Positions 16,502-26,399 are shown, counted from the stretch's first letter. The stretch is 64,000 nucleotides of DNA from Hungatella sp. UBA3048 (GCA_002367105.1 DFCS01000044.1:124253-188252); one strand, 5' to 3'. Translations and numbers: made by a program. The notes: generated by a model not told the origin, from the sequence alone.

Positions 16502-16865
16502 AATCCTAATGCTTCTTCGTGCGAACAAGAAATATTCAAAAGAGGTTTCTTTGTTTGAACCCATTGGCGTAGACAAGGATGGAGAGACTGTAAGTTTAGT
16601 AGATGTCATTGAAATGGAAAATAAGGAGACTCTGGAATCTATTATTTTAAAACAGGATATTAAGGAACTGTATGAGGCCTTTGACAGTTGTCTTAAGGAT
16701 AATGAAAAAACCATAATCGGAATGAGGTACGGTCTGCATGGAGGAAAAGAGTATACGCAGCGGGAGATCGCGGATGTCATGGGAATATCCAGATCCTACG
16801 TATCCAGGCTTGAAAAAAAAGCTTTGGAGCGGTTAAGAGACGAACTTAAAAAGAATTGTATTTAA
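16500..16865 (+). CDS. sigK: sigK 3' segment (regions 3-4)
   Basis: EILMLLRANKKYSKEVSLFEPIGVDKDGE...YTQREIADVMGISRSYVSRLEKKALERL contains the region 4.2 HTH. The segment is in frame with the 5' segment once 10720-16500 is removed. Track ORF 16485-16865 begins inside the recombinase 3' end. Confidence 0.9.
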   Translation, partial: EILMLLRANKKYSKEVSLFEPIGVDKDGETVSLVDVIEMENKETLESIILKQDIKELYEAFDSCLKDNEKTIIGMRYGLHGGKEYTQREIADVMGISRSYVSRLEKKALERLRDELKKNCI

Positions 16866-16910
16866 AAAGAAGCATTATTAAATCGTCCCATCTCTGATGG
16901 TTGAGTAAAA

Positions 16911-16951
16911 AGTCTGGGAGGCCCGATAAACAGGGCGTTCCGGACTTCTTT
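16911..16951 (+). terminator. Probable sigK terminator
   Basis: The imperfect 14-bp stem AGTCTGGGAGGCCC / GGGCGTTCCGGACT is followed by TCTTT. Confidence 0.5.
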
Positions 16952-17168
16952 GCTGTCATAAAACAATGCGTAAGCCGGTTAGGGTGTTCTTATAAAGACT
17001 TGCTGCAGATTGTAATGAATATGGTTGACAAAAAAACAAAATCATAATACTATGTAAAAAAGGATATTTCATACTAAACATATATGTATTCTTTAATATA
17101 AGAAATGCGTACAATGCGCAGGACAAATATCTGAGAAAATTTTTGCTTATATAAGGAGGAGGACAATT

Positions 17169-18851
17169 ATGAAAAAAGTAGTCTTTCAAAAACTGCATAA
17201 GGTAATTGGAGCTATGCTTGTTTTCGGCATGGTGGTATCTCTTGCGGCCTGTGCAAAGTCAAATTCCAATCCGGGAGCTGAGAATCCGGCTAAGGGAAAT
17301 ACGGCAGAGAATAATTCTGCAAAGGGTGAGAATACGGAGGATAAAATCCTTAATATTGGAATGACCGATTCGATCAGCAGCGTAAACCCACTGTTGATGG
17401 ATGCAACTGAGATCATGAAGACCTCCACGGCAATGGAATTCCTGCCTTTAGTAGAATTAAACAGCAATCTGGAGTTTGAGGGTAGGCTGGCTTCTTCTAT
17501 TACTACGGAAGACAATATACATTTTACAGTGAATATTGATCCCAATGCAAGCTGGTCCGACGGTCAGGCCGTAACTGCGGATGACGTCGTATACACCGTT
17601 CTTAAGCTCTCAAGCCCCGTCCGTGCCAATGCAAGCATGGCACTCTATGCCATTGAAGGTGTGGGCGACGACGGTTTTTCAGAGGCGGGAGCGACGGAGT
17701 TATCAGGTGTTAAGGCAATCGACAATAAAACCGTCGAATTCACGACCAAATATCAGATGGCCCTTACCACCTTCCAGAATACATATGGACGCTATATACT
17801 GACACTGCCCAAACATGTTCTTGAGAGCGTAGCGGATGAGGACCTGGCAGGTTATGACTGGTTCAATGCTCCGACGGTAGTTAACGGGCCCTACCGCATC
17901 ACAGCCGTTGATTTGCAGCATTATGTGTCCTATGAGGCAAATGATACATACTGGAAGGGTGTTCCAAAGATTAACAGGATCAATATCAAGATTGTACCTG
18001 CGGCACAATTGCTGACCGGGCTGCAATCAGGAGAGATTGATTTTGTGCAGCAGACCACCGGTAACATCCTGCAGGAGGATTATGCCAGCGTAGAAGCCCT
18101 TGCCAATGTGACGGTCAACTATGGTGCTCCTGTTATCAACCAGTCGATCTTCTTTAATACCACCACGGTAACGGATCCCCGCATCCGCCAGGCGATTCTT
18201 TATGGAATTGACCGCCCGTCCATAATAACAGGACTGCTAAACGGAAAAGGTGAAGTGGTTGACGGCTTCTTATCCAGTGCAGGACCATTCTATGACGAGA
18301 GCCTGACGCCCACTGTTTATGATCCGGAAAAAGCGAAAGAATTGGTCGCCCAGGCAGTCGCAGACGGTTGGGATGCTTCAAAGACATTAAACTTCTATGT
18401 AAACAGTGGAGATTCCACTTTCTGCCAGGCCGCAGATTATATTGCTGCGAAGCTGCAGGAAATCGGACTAAAGATCCAGGTGACGACCGTTGACTTATCC
18501 AGCTTAATGACTAAGGCGGGAAATAAGGATTTCGATTTGCTGGCAGTACAGTATACCTATGCACCGGTAGATCCTTATCCGGACGTTAACTGGTTATTAT
18601 CTGCGGACGGTTGGACCGGCTATGTGAATGATGCCGTAACACAGGCCCTGGCGGCGACCCAGGCTACCAGTGACGTTAATGAAATCAAGAAGGAATATCG
18701 AAAAATCGATACCGTTATGCAGCAGGAGGCCCCAATGATTTCTACCTATATCATAAGTGCAATGGGAGCTGTGAATAAAAGGGTGGAGAATGCGACGCCG
18801 GATGTATATGGCTCTTTTAATAATATCAACGAATGGGATGTGACACAATGA
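17169..18851 (+). CDS. ABC transporter substrate-binding lipoprotein, family 5 (peptide/nickel type)
   Basis: The lipobox is LAACAKS. The 560-aa product has Opp/Dpp/Nik-like architecture. The RBS is AAGGAGGAGG. Confidence 0.8.
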   Translation: MKKVVFQKLHKVIGAMLVFGMVVSLAACAKSNSNPGAENPAKGNTAENNSAKGENTEDKILNIGMTDSISSVNPLLMDATEIMKTSTAMEFLPLVELNSNLEFEGRLASSITTEDNIHFTVNIDPNASWSDGQAVTADDVVYTVLKLSSPVRANASMALYAIEGVGDDGFSEAGATELSGVKAIDNKTVEFTTKYQMALTTFQNTYGRYILTLPKHVLESVADEDLAGYDWFNAPTVVNGPYRITAVDLQHYVSYEANDTYWKGVPKINRINIKIVPAAQLLTGLQSGEIDFVQQTTGNILQEDYASVEALANVTVNYGAPVINQSIFFNTTTVTDPRIRQAILYGIDRPSIITGLLNGKGEVVDGFLSSAGPFYDESLTPTVYDPEKAKELVAQAVADGWDASKTLNFYVNSGDSTFCQAADYIAAKLQEIGLKIQVTTVDLSSLMTKAGNKDFDLLAVQYTYAPVDPYPDVNWLLSADGWTGYVNDAVTQALAATQATSDVNEIKKEYRKIDTVMQQEAPMISTYIISAMGAVNKRVENATPDVYGSFNNINEWDVTQ

Positions 18852-19849
18852 CACCGCTGCTGGAAGTAGATTCGCTGGAAATGGCGTTCTCCACCGGTGC
18901 CGGTGATATCAAATGCTTAGACAGGGTCAGCCTTCATGTAAATCAAGGTGAGATCCTGTGCATCGTTGGAGAATCCGGCTCCGGCAAGAGCGTTACCCTT
19001 CTGTCAGTCATGGGTCTGCTTGGAGAAAATGGTAAAATCACAGGAGGCAAGGTGGTCTTTGACGGGCAGGAACTGCTTAATCTGCCGGAAGAGGAATTGG
19101 ACCGTATCCGTGGCAGTAAGATGACCATGATCTTTCAGGACGCCATGGCCAGCTTAAATCCGTTATTCACCATTGGGAACCAGATCATGGAAGCCATGGG
19201 GATACATATGAACCTGGACCGGAAAACAGCGAAGGAACGGGCACTGCTCCTCCTTGATAAGGTGGGGCTTCCGGATCCTTCTTCTATTATGAGCAAATAT
19301 CCGCATACACTGTCAGGAGGTATGCGGCAGCGGGCAATGATCGCCATGGCGCTTGCCTGTAATCCGAAGCTTCTCATTGCGGATGAGCCAACCACTGCGC
19401 TGGATGTTACGATTCAGGCACAGATTATGGAGCTCTTAAGGAACTTACGTGAGGAGCTTCATATGTCAATTATTTTAATTACCCATGACATGGGACTTGT
19501 AGCTGAAATGGCGGACCGGGTTATGGTTATGTATGCCGGACAGATTGTGGAGGAGGCAGGTGTTCTTGATTTATTTAAAAAACCGGGGCACCCTTATACA
19601 CAGGCTCTTCTGAAATCCATTCCCAGTATCAGAGATAAAGAAGAGAGAGAACTGTTGACGATTGAGGGTGCTGTTCCGGAGTTTTACGGTGAGATAACCG
19701 GCTGCCGCTTTGCAAACCGCTGCCCGTATATGACCGATGGCTGTGATCTGGAGCAAAGTTTGGTTGAAATAGAAGATAGTCACGGGACAAGATGCTGGCG
19801 TGCGGAAGAAATCCGGGAGAGGATGACGCAGGCATCAGGAAGGAATTAA
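18848..19849 (+). CDS. Oligopeptide/dipeptide ABC ATP-binding protein (OppD/DppD-like)
   Basis: ATG 18848 overlaps the upstream stop (ATGA). Motifs are GESGSGKS, LSGGMRQR and LLIADEPTTALD, plus the C-terminal oligopeptide-ABC extension. Confidence 0.85.
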   Translation: MTPLLEVDSLEMAFSTGAGDIKCLDRVSLHVNQGEILCIVGESGSGKSVTLLSVMGLLGENGKITGGKVVFDGQELLNLPEEELDRIRGSKMTMIFQDAMASLNPLFTIGNQIMEAMGIHMNLDRKTAKERALLLLDKVGLPDPSSIMSKYPHTLSGGMRQRAMIAMALACNPKLLIADEPTTALDVTIQAQIMELLRNLREELHMSIILITHDMGLVAEMADRVMVMYAGQIVEEAGVLDLFKKPGHPYTQALLKSIPSIRDKEERELLTIEGAVPEFYGEITGCRFANRCPYMTDGCDLEQSLVEIEDSHGTRCWRAEEIRERMTQASGRN

Positions 19850-19852
19850 CAA

Positions 19853-20872
19853 ATGCAAAAGGAACGACAACCTCTGGCAGAGATAAAGGGATTGAAAAAA
19901 TATTATCCGGTTCGTGACGGAATTATTCCACATACAGTTGGATTTATCCATGCTGTGAACGGTGTGGACTTTGAACTATTTCCGGGAGAAACTCTGGGAC
20001 TGGTAGGTGAATCCGGCTGCGGCAAATCCACCATTGGGCGGCAGCTGGCCGCGTTAGAAACTCCCACAGAGGGCGGCATTGTCTATGAAGGATATCCGTT
20101 TACGGACCGGTCAGCGGCTGGAATGAGGCAAATCCGTACCCAGATACAGATGGTATTTCAAGATCCTTATACCTCCCTTAATCCGAAAAAACGTATTTTT
20201 GAAACTCTATCTTATCCAATGCTGTATCATGGAGTCACTACAAAACAGAATGTCCATAGGGAGGTTGACCGTCTGCTTGATATGGTGGGACTCCCGAAAA
20301 ATACGAAGGGGCGTTATCCTCATGAGTTCTCCGGCGGGCAACGGCAAAGGATTGGAATCGCAAGAGCGCTTTCTCTTAACCCCAGACTGGTCATCTGCGA
20401 TGAGCCGGTCAGCGCCCTTGATGTATCAATACAGGCTCAGATTTTAAATCTGCTACGTGATCTGCAAAAGGAACTAAAGCTTACCTATCTGTTTATTGGC
20501 CACGGTCTGGATGCGGTCAAATACATCAGTGACCGGATTGCCGTCATGTATCTGGGGAAGATTGTGGAGCTTGCGGATGCAAAGGAACTGTTTGAAAATC
20601 CGGTGCATCCTTATACGCAGGCATTATGCAGCGCAGCACCGATTCCCGATCCCGAGGCCAGAGGGAGAAAAAGAGTGATATTGCAGGGCGAACTGCCTTC
20701 CAATAAGGATCTTCCTTCCGGCTGCCATTTTCACAGCCGGTGCCCCTACGCCATAGAGGAATGCAAACGATCGGAGCCGTCGCTGATCCAGGTCCAGCCA
20801 GGAAGCGGGCATTTGGCGGCCTGTCCGGTGCTGATCCAGGGTAAAAGGCCAAAGGAGGATGCGGATGCTTAA
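19853..20872 (+). CDS. Oligopeptide/dipeptide ABC ATP-binding protein (OppF/DppF-like)
   Basis: Motifs are [17 protein letters not shown] and [12 protein letters not shown]. Confidence 0.85.
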   Translation: MQKERQPLAEIKGLKKYYPVRDGIIPHTVGFIHAVNGVDFELFPGETLGLVGESGCGKSTIGRQLAALETPTEGGIVYEGYPFTDRSAAGMRQIRTQIQMVFQDPYTSLNPKKRIFETLSYPMLYHGVTTKQNVHREVDRLLDMVGLPKNTKGRYPHEFSGGQRQRIGIARALSLNPRLVICDEPVSALDVSIQAQILNLLRDLQKELKLTYLFIGHGLDAVKYISDRIAVMYLGKIVELADAKELFENPVHPYTQALCSAAPIPDPEARGRKRVILQGELPSNKDLPSGCHFHSRCPYAIEECKRSEPSLIQVQPGSGHLAACPVLIQGKRPKEDADA

Positions 20873-21809
20873 ATATATTATCAAGCGTATTCTTATTGCT
20901 ATCCCGGTCCTGATTGGCATAACCGTAATTGATTTTCTGATCATGACTATGGTAGGAAGTCCATTGGAACTGCTCCAGGGCCCCAGAGTGTCCGATGCGG
21001 CCATCGAAACCAAAAGAATCGCTTTAGGCCTTAATAAGCCTGTCTATGTACAATACTGGATCTGGCTGACGAATCTTCTTCAGGGCAACATGGGATATTC
21101 CATGAAGAGTTTCCAGCCGGTAAGCCAAATGATTAAAACCTATATCGGGCCAACGTTACTGCTCATGTCCGTCTCGTTATTTGTCAGTATGCTGATTGCG
21201 GTACCGGCAGGAATCTATAGCGCGGTCCACAAGTATACACCGCAGGACTATACCGTAGTCACGCTTTCCTTCCTTGGAAGCAGCGTTCCCAGTTTTTTCC
21301 TGGCATTGGTGCTGATTTATTTTTTCACTGTCAGACTTGGCTGGCTGCCATCCAGCGGCATGTATACCCTGGGAGCGCAGAAACGTTCCATAGACGTCCT
21401 CAGGCATATGATCATGCCTGTGATTGTATTGGCAACTTCCATGGCGGGGACCAATATCCGCTATATCCGCAGCGCCATGCTTGAGATACTTCAGATGGAT
21501 TACCTGCGAACGGCAAGGGCAAAGGGAATTGGCCGCTTTCTGGTGATTAATAAGCATGCGCTTCGCAATGCGTTAATTCCGGTCATTACCGTATTCGGGA
21601 TGCATATACCGATCTTGTTTGGCGGAGCCATCATCATAGAACAGGTATTTTCCTGGCCAGGGCTCGGCATGATGACCATGAGTGCAATTATCAGCAGAGA
21701 TTATCCGGTCATTATGGGCGTCTGTCTGATGTCCGCCATTGTTGTTCTGGTGGCAAACCTGCTGACAGATATCATCTACGCACTGGTAGATCCGACGATT
21801 ACGTATTAA
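20865..21809 (+). CDS. ABC permease (OppB/DppB-like)
   Basis: ATG 20865 lies 6 nt after AAAGGAGG. The N-terminus [25 protein letters not shown] is typical, and an EAA-like loop is present (...YLRTARAKG...). Confidence 0.85.
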   Translation: MLKYIIKRILIAIPVLIGITVIDFLIMTMVGSPLELLQGPRVSDAAIETKRIALGLNKPVYVQYWIWLTNLLQGNMGYSMKSFQPVSQMIKTYIGPTLLLMSVSLFVSMLIAVPAGIYSAVHKYTPQDYTVVTLSFLGSSVPSFFLALVLIYFFTVRLGWLPSSGMYTLGAQKRSIDVLRHMIMPVIVLATSMAGTNIRYIRSAMLEILQMDYLRTARAKGIGRFLVINKHALRNALIPVITVFGMHIPILFGGAIIIEQVFSWPGLGMMTMSAIISRDYPVIMGVCLMSAIVVLVANLLTDIIYALVDPTITY

Positions 21810-21825
21810 AAGCAGGAGAAAATGA

Positions 21826-22698
21826 ATGAATAGAGATAAAACAATAAACAGTGAAGATAATGCATACCGCAATACGGTAATGAGGCGGTTCTTAAAACAT
21901 AAATTGGCTGTGGCCAGCACCGTATTCCTGGCTATCATCCTCCTATGTGCGCTGCTGGCGCCTATTCTTTCGCCTTATGACCCCAATAAGGTGGTCGGTG
22001 GATTCAGCGATCCGCCTTCCTTAAAGAACCTGCTTGGAACCGACCAGGTGGGAAGGGATGTATTAAGCAGAATGCTATACGCCGTCCGAATCTCATTGTT
22101 GGTAGGATTTGCCGCTACAGCTGTATCCACGGTGGTCGGTGTGGTTTTAGGCCTGGTATCCGGGTTTTTTGGAGGAATCCTTGATATGGTAATCATGCGG
22201 TTTACTGATATGGTCATGTCCTTTCCTTATATCCTGCTTGTATTAGTTTCTGCCGCGATCTTTCGCCCGGGCCTTTTAAATATTATTCTGATTCTCGGTT
22301 TTGTTGACTGGCCCGGAATTGCCCGGCTGGTCAGAGGGAATGTTTTATCCATCCGGGAAATGAATTTTATCCAGGGGGACCGCGTTGCTGGAATGCCAAA
22401 GCGCTATATCCTGTTTTCTGAAATACTTCCCAATACGGTCGCACCCATTCTGGTATATGCGACTTCTGTTATCGCCATATCGATGCTAGATGAAGCAGCC
22501 CTAAGCTTTCTTGGTATGGGTATTCAACCGCCTCAGTCCAGTCTTGGCAATATGTTAAATGGAGCCCAATCCATCTCCATCCTCACTTCCAAGCCATGGC
22601 TGTGGGTACCGCCGGGACTGATGATCATATTGCTGGTCGTCAGTATTAATTTCATCGGAGACGCTTTAAGAGATGCTTTCGATCCTTCGGGAAATTAG
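21826..22698 (+). CDS. ABC permease (OppC/DppC-like)
   Basis: The 290-aa product has blocks typical of the family: ...LLGTDQVGRDVLSR... and ...FIQGDRVAGMP... Confidence 0.85.
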   Translation: MNRDKTINSEDNAYRNTVMRRFLKHKLAVASTVFLAIILLCALLAPILSPYDPNKVVGGFSDPPSLKNLLGTDQVGRDVLSRMLYAVRISLLVGFAATAVSTVVGVVLGLVSGFFGGILDMVIMRFTDMVMSFPYILLVLVSAAIFRPGLLNIILILGFVDWPGIARLVRGNVLSIREMNFIQGDRVAGMPKRYILFSEILPNTVAPILVYATSVIAISMLDEAALSFLGMGIQPPQSSLGNMLNGAQSISILTSKPWLWVPPGLMIILLVVSINFIGDALRDAFDPSGN

Positions 22699-22811
22699 TG
22701 GAGAGGATTTAGGCTGAAAAATCAAGGAATTATATAAAATATAAAAAATGTATAAAATATTGTTGACTTTTTTGAAATAACTGGTATAGTTAAAGCGAGG
22801 ATATATTGAGT

Positions 22812-22839
22812 GGATTGTTACTGGAAAGCAGGCAAAACC
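22812..22839 (+). promoter_or_regulatory. RAT (ribonucleic antiterminator) site for a BglG/LicT-family protein
   Basis: GGATTGTTACTGGAAAGCAGGCAAAACC matches the LicT/SacY-type RAT consensus almost perfectly. Confidence 0.85.
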
Positions 22840-22895
22840 AATTTTAACTATGGAAAATGAAGTTTTTTTCGTGGTTAAAGTTGGTTTTTTATTTT
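22834..22895 (+). terminator. Terminator overlapping the 3' half of the RAT
   Basis: AAAACCAATTTTAAC (22834-22848) pairs with GTTAAAGTTGGTTTT (22874-22888) and is followed by TTATTTT. This is the classic mutually exclusive RAT/terminator layout. Confidence 0.75.
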
Positions 22896-22912
22896 ATAGG
22901 ATGGGACATTGT

Positions 22913-23740
22913 ATGAAAATTGACAAAATAATCAATAACAATATTGTCAGTGCGCTGGAGCCGGATGGAAAAGAAATTATAGTCATGGGCAGGGGAATCG
23001 GTTTCGGTATGAAGCCGGGGAAAGAGATTCCTGAGAGCGCAGTAGAAAAAGTATTCCGTCTGGACAGCCAGAACAATGTTGACAAATTTAAAGAATTGCT
23101 GGTTAACCTTCCCCTTGAACACATCCAGGTTTCTACGGAAATCATAAATTACGCGAAAAGCGTATTAAACAGAAGTCTTAATCAAAACATATACATAACG
23201 CTGACGGATCACATCAATTTTGCCATTCACCGGTTTAAGCAGAAAATGAAATTTTCAAACCCTCTGCTTAATGAGATAAAAACCTTTTACAAAGAGGAAT
23301 ACTTAATCGGTGAATACGCCATCGCATTAATTGAGCGGAGGATAGGAATATCCCTTCCTGTTGACGAAGCGGGATTCATTGCGTTTCACATCGTCAATGC
23401 GGAATTTAATACCGCTATGCGTGATACCATTGATATCACAAACCTGATCCAGAATACCGTAGGGATTGTGAAAGAATATTTTTCAATGGAACCTGATGAA
23501 ATGTCTTTAAATTATCAGCGGTTTGTTACCCATTTAAGGTTTCTGGCACAAAGAATCGTTACAAAGGAGCTGTTAAACAGCGGGAATGTTGAATTTAATC
23601 ATTTGATATCTGAGATGTACCCGGAGGAATACAGGTGCAGTTTAAAAATTAAGGATTATATCATGGAAACATACCATCACGATGTAACGGGAGAAGAGAC
23701 CGCATATCTGGCGGTTCACATCAAGAGAATGAGGCTTTAA
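22913..23740 (+). CDS. PRD-containing transcription antiterminator (BglG/LicT/GlcT family)
   Basis: MKIDKIINNNIVSALEPDGKEIIVMGRGIGF is the CAT RNA-binding domain, followed by two PRD regions. The track start at 22850 would run through the RAT and terminator, so ATG 22913 is preferred. Confidence 0.85.
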   Translation: MKIDKIINNNIVSALEPDGKEIIVMGRGIGFGMKPGKEIPESAVEKVFRLDSQNNVDKFKELLVNLPLEHIQVSTEIINYAKSVLNRSLNQNIYITLTDHINFAIHRFKQKMKFSNPLLNEIKTFYKEEYLIGEYAIALIERRIGISLPVDEAGFIAFHIVNAEFNTAMRDTIDITNLIQNTVGIVKEYFSMEPDEMSLNYQRFVTHLRFLAQRIVTKELLNSGNVEFNHLISEMYPEEYRCSLKIKDYIMETYHHDVTGEETAYLAVHIKRMRL

Positions 23741-23759
23741 GAGAAAGGAGAATCATGAT

Positions 23760-24254
23760 ATGTTTGATTCATTAAAAAAAATATTCGGTGGAGGGGGAGA
23801 AAAAGAAAGAGAAAAAATTCTGGCCCCTGTGGAAGGAACAGTAGTACCCTTAAGTGAAGTAAATGATCCCACATTCAGCCAGGAGATCCTTGGAAAAGGA
23901 GTCGCCATTATTCCGGCAAAAGGTAGAATTGTGGCTCCGGCCGACGGAATCCTGACAGTGGTGTTTGAGACAAAGCATGCTGTCAGCATTACGACTCCGC
24001 AAGGTGCTGAGATCATTGTCCATGTAGGACTTGATACGGTCAATTTAAAAGGGGAGCATTACACTGCTTATAAAAAGCAAGGAGACAAAGTGAAAGCTGG
24101 GGAGCTTCTTCTTGAATTTGACATGGCAGCCATAAAGGGAGCAGGATATGAGGTGATTACTCCGGTTATCGTGTGTAATACGCCGAATTATCCGGATATG
24201 GTATGCCATACAGGGATGCAGGTAAAGGAACTGGAACCAATCATCGAATTATAG
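23760..24254 (+). CDS. PTS EIIA component, glucose family
   Basis: The blocks ...VNDPTFSQEILGKGVAIIP... and ...HVGLDTVNLKGEHY... are present, including the phosphorylatable His region. Confidence 0.85.
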   Translation: MFDSLKKIFGGGGEKEREKILAPVEGTVVPLSEVNDPTFSQEILGKGVAIIPAKGRIVAPADGILTVVFETKHAVSITTPQGAEIIVHVGLDTVNLKGEHYTAYKKQGDKVKAGELLLEFDMAAIKGAGYEVITPVIVCNTPNYPDMVCHTGMQVKELEPIIEL

Positions 24255-24262
24255 GTATTAAA

Positions 24263-24517
24263 ATGAGGGAGTATTTGTATGAATTAAAAGATCCCCTGGG
24301 ACTTCATGCCAGGCCGGCTTCCATGATCTTTATGGAAGCGAGGAAATATTCGTGCAGCATAGAAGCCCAGTGGGAATCAGACAAAGCGGATTGTAAAAGC
24401 CTTTTGGCATTAATGGGGCTTAGAGCCAAAAGAGGAAGCATCATCCGGTTCCTGTTTGACGGAGAGGATGAGGAGGCGGCCATAACCGCGCTTTGCGCCG
24501 TTTTGGAAGAAATGTGA
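24263..24517 (+). CDS. HPr-family phosphocarrier protein
   Basis: The 84-aa product contains GLHARPAS (His-15 motif) and a ...KSLLALMGL... region (Ser-46 equivalent). The start is ATG 24263. Confidence 0.75.
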   Translation: MREYLYELKDPLGLHARPASMIFMEARKYSCSIEAQWESDKADCKSLLALMGLRAKRGSIIRFLFDGEDEEAAITALCAVLEEM

Positions 24518-24588
24518 TCTGAACCTGCTTGGCAGCAGGAAAGGATAAAAAATGTCCGGTAGGACAAAAAGAAAGGGGTTTCTTTATT

Positions 24589-26058
24589 ATGATGAAGTAT
24601 TTGCAAAAACTAGGTAAGTCATTGATGCTTCCTGTGGCATGTTTGCCTGCGGCAGGCATCCTGATGGGGATTGGCTACTGGATTGCCCCAAGCATAATTT
24701 CCGGGCAAGGGACTGCTACGGGGGTTTGGGCCGTTATTGCTGCTTTTTTAATTAAAGCTGGAGGTGCCATTATTGACAATCTGCCCATTCTCTTTGCCGT
24801 CGGTATAGGTATAGGTATGTCCGATGACCAAGATGGTACCTCTGCACTTGCGGCTCTTGTTTCTTGGCTGATGATCACGACTATTCTTTCAACAGGAACA
24901 GTTGCCTTGTTATTGAAAATTGACGCATCTCAAGTAAATCCAGCTTTTGGTAAGATTGCAAACCCGTGTATTGGTATTATATCAGGTCTTATCGGTGCAA
25001 ACTGCTATAATAAGTTTAAGAAAACTAAGCTTCCTGATGCGTTGGCGTTTTTCAGTGGTAAGCGCTCTGTTGCAATTGTTACAGCCTTGTCGTCTTTGGT
25101 GGTTAGTATTGTATTGTTCTTCGTATGGCCGGCTATTTATTCTGTAATAGTTGCATTTGGTGAAATTATTCTAAGTTTGGGACCCGTTGGAGCTGGTCTT
25201 TATGGATTCTTTAACCGTCTGCTCATCCCACTTGGTCTTCATCATGCACTGAATGCTGTGTTCTGGTTTGACCTTGCTGGAGTGAATGATATTGGTAAAT
25301 TCTGGGGTACAGCAGGAGGCGGAATACTAGGTCAGACAGGTCAATATATGTCGGGATTTTTCCCTGTCATGATGTTCGGCCTTCCGGCAGCGACTCTGGC
25401 TATGTACCATACTGCAAAGCCAGGAAAAAAGAAAACGGTGTATGGTTTATTTTTCTCAGCCGCATTATGTTCTTTCTTTACAGGCATTACAGAGCCTATT
25501 GAATTTGCTTTCATGTTCCTTGCTCCTGGACTTTACTTAATCCATGCAGCATTAACAGCCATTTCCATGACAATCATTGCTATTCTTCCTGTACGTGCAG
25601 GCTTTTTCTTCAGTGCAGGTTTTGTTGACTGGTTCTTGAGCTTCAAAGCACCATTTGCGGAGAACTCATGGCTGCTCATCCCAATCGGTATTGCTTATGG
25701 TGCTGTTTACTACATCATATTCCGTTTGGCAATCCCGTTGTTTAACTTTAAGACACCTGGACGGGAAGATGATGATGATGACATGAATGAAAGTACTGTG
25801 ACTCTTGCCAATAATGACTATACGGCTGTTGCTTCCATCATTCTGGAAGGACTTGGCGGTAAGGACAATATCACCAGTATTGATACCTGCATTACCAGAT
25901 TAAGACTGGAAATTGTTGACTACACTAAGGTAAATGAAAAGAAGATTAAATCTGCCGGTGTGGCAGGAGTCATCCGTCCTGGAAAGAACAGTGTTCAAGT
26001 CGTAGTTGGAACTCAGGTTCAGCACGTTGCAGATGAATTTAAAAAGCTTTGTAAATAA
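24589..26058 (+). CDS. PTS EIICB component, glucose/maltose/N-acetylglucosamine family
   Basis: MMKYLQKLGKSLMLPVACLPAAGILMGIGYW is a typical EIIC N-terminus. The C-terminal EIIB domain carries ITSIDTCITRLRL (active Cys). Confidence 0.85.
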   Translation: MMKYLQKLGKSLMLPVACLPAAGILMGIGYWIAPSIISGQGTATGVWAVIAAFLIKAGGAIIDNLPILFAVGIGIGMSDDQDGTSALAALVSWLMITTILSTGTVALLLKIDASQVNPAFGKIANPCIGIISGLIGANCYNKFKKTKLPDALAFFSGKRSVAIVTALSSLVVSIVLFFVWPAIYSVIVAFGEIILSLGPVGAGLYGFFNRLLIPLGLHHALNAVFWFDLAGVNDIGKFWGTAGGGILGQTGQYMSGFFPVMMFGLPAATLAMYHTAKPGKKKTVYGLFFSAALCSFFTGITEPIEFAFMFLAPGLYLIHAALTAISMTIIAILPVRAGFFFSAGFVDWFLSFKAPFAENSWLLIPIGIAYGAVYYIIFRLAIPLFNFKTPGREDDDDDMNESTVTLANNDYTAVASIILEGLGGKDNITSIDTCITRLRLEIVDYTKVNEKKIKSAGVAGVIRPGKNSVQVVVGTQVQHVADEFKKLCK

Positions 26059-26399
26059 TATTGGACTAAAAGGAGCTATCGCATGAACGATTTTTATCGC
26101 TGGTGCGAGGCTCTTTTTTTTCGTTTGTTTTTTTGAGCTATTCTTAAGACATTTCCCTGTCGCTTTATTTCTATGTCAAATCTAATCGCATTTCCCATCC
26201 GAACAAATTGCCGAGTAGACGGCCGTCATCTTCTCCTCAATACGATCCTGGCGTAATTGTTAAGCCACTGTTAACTGAAACAATACACCGTTTAAGTGAA
26301 ATATCTTGATTCATACTCTCTTTATCTTCCTTTTGCGCATTATTTAACAGAGCTTTTTTGCTCTATCATTTTATATCTCTCTTTATGTTTGATTGGAGG

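Noticed and set aside
17169-22698. The idea that the Opp/Dpp-type transporter next to the sigK locus is a nickel importer serving the hydrogenase
   Set aside because: Family-5 binding proteins cannot be assigned to nickel versus peptides from sequence reading alone. The adjacency is also accidental, because the hydrogenase sits inside an inserted element.
22850-22912. Upstream extension of the antiterminator ORF (track start at 22850)
   Set aside because: The extension would be translated through the RAT-overlapping terminator and encodes a nonsensical peptide (MENEVFFVVKVGFLFY...). The conserved CAT domain starts at ATG 22913.
26100-26340. Possible pseudogene on the minus strand (MNQDISLKRCIVSVNSGLTITPGSY, then stops)
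   Set aside because: It is too short and interrupted to assign to any family. It is mentioned only as possible decayed DNA at the island border.
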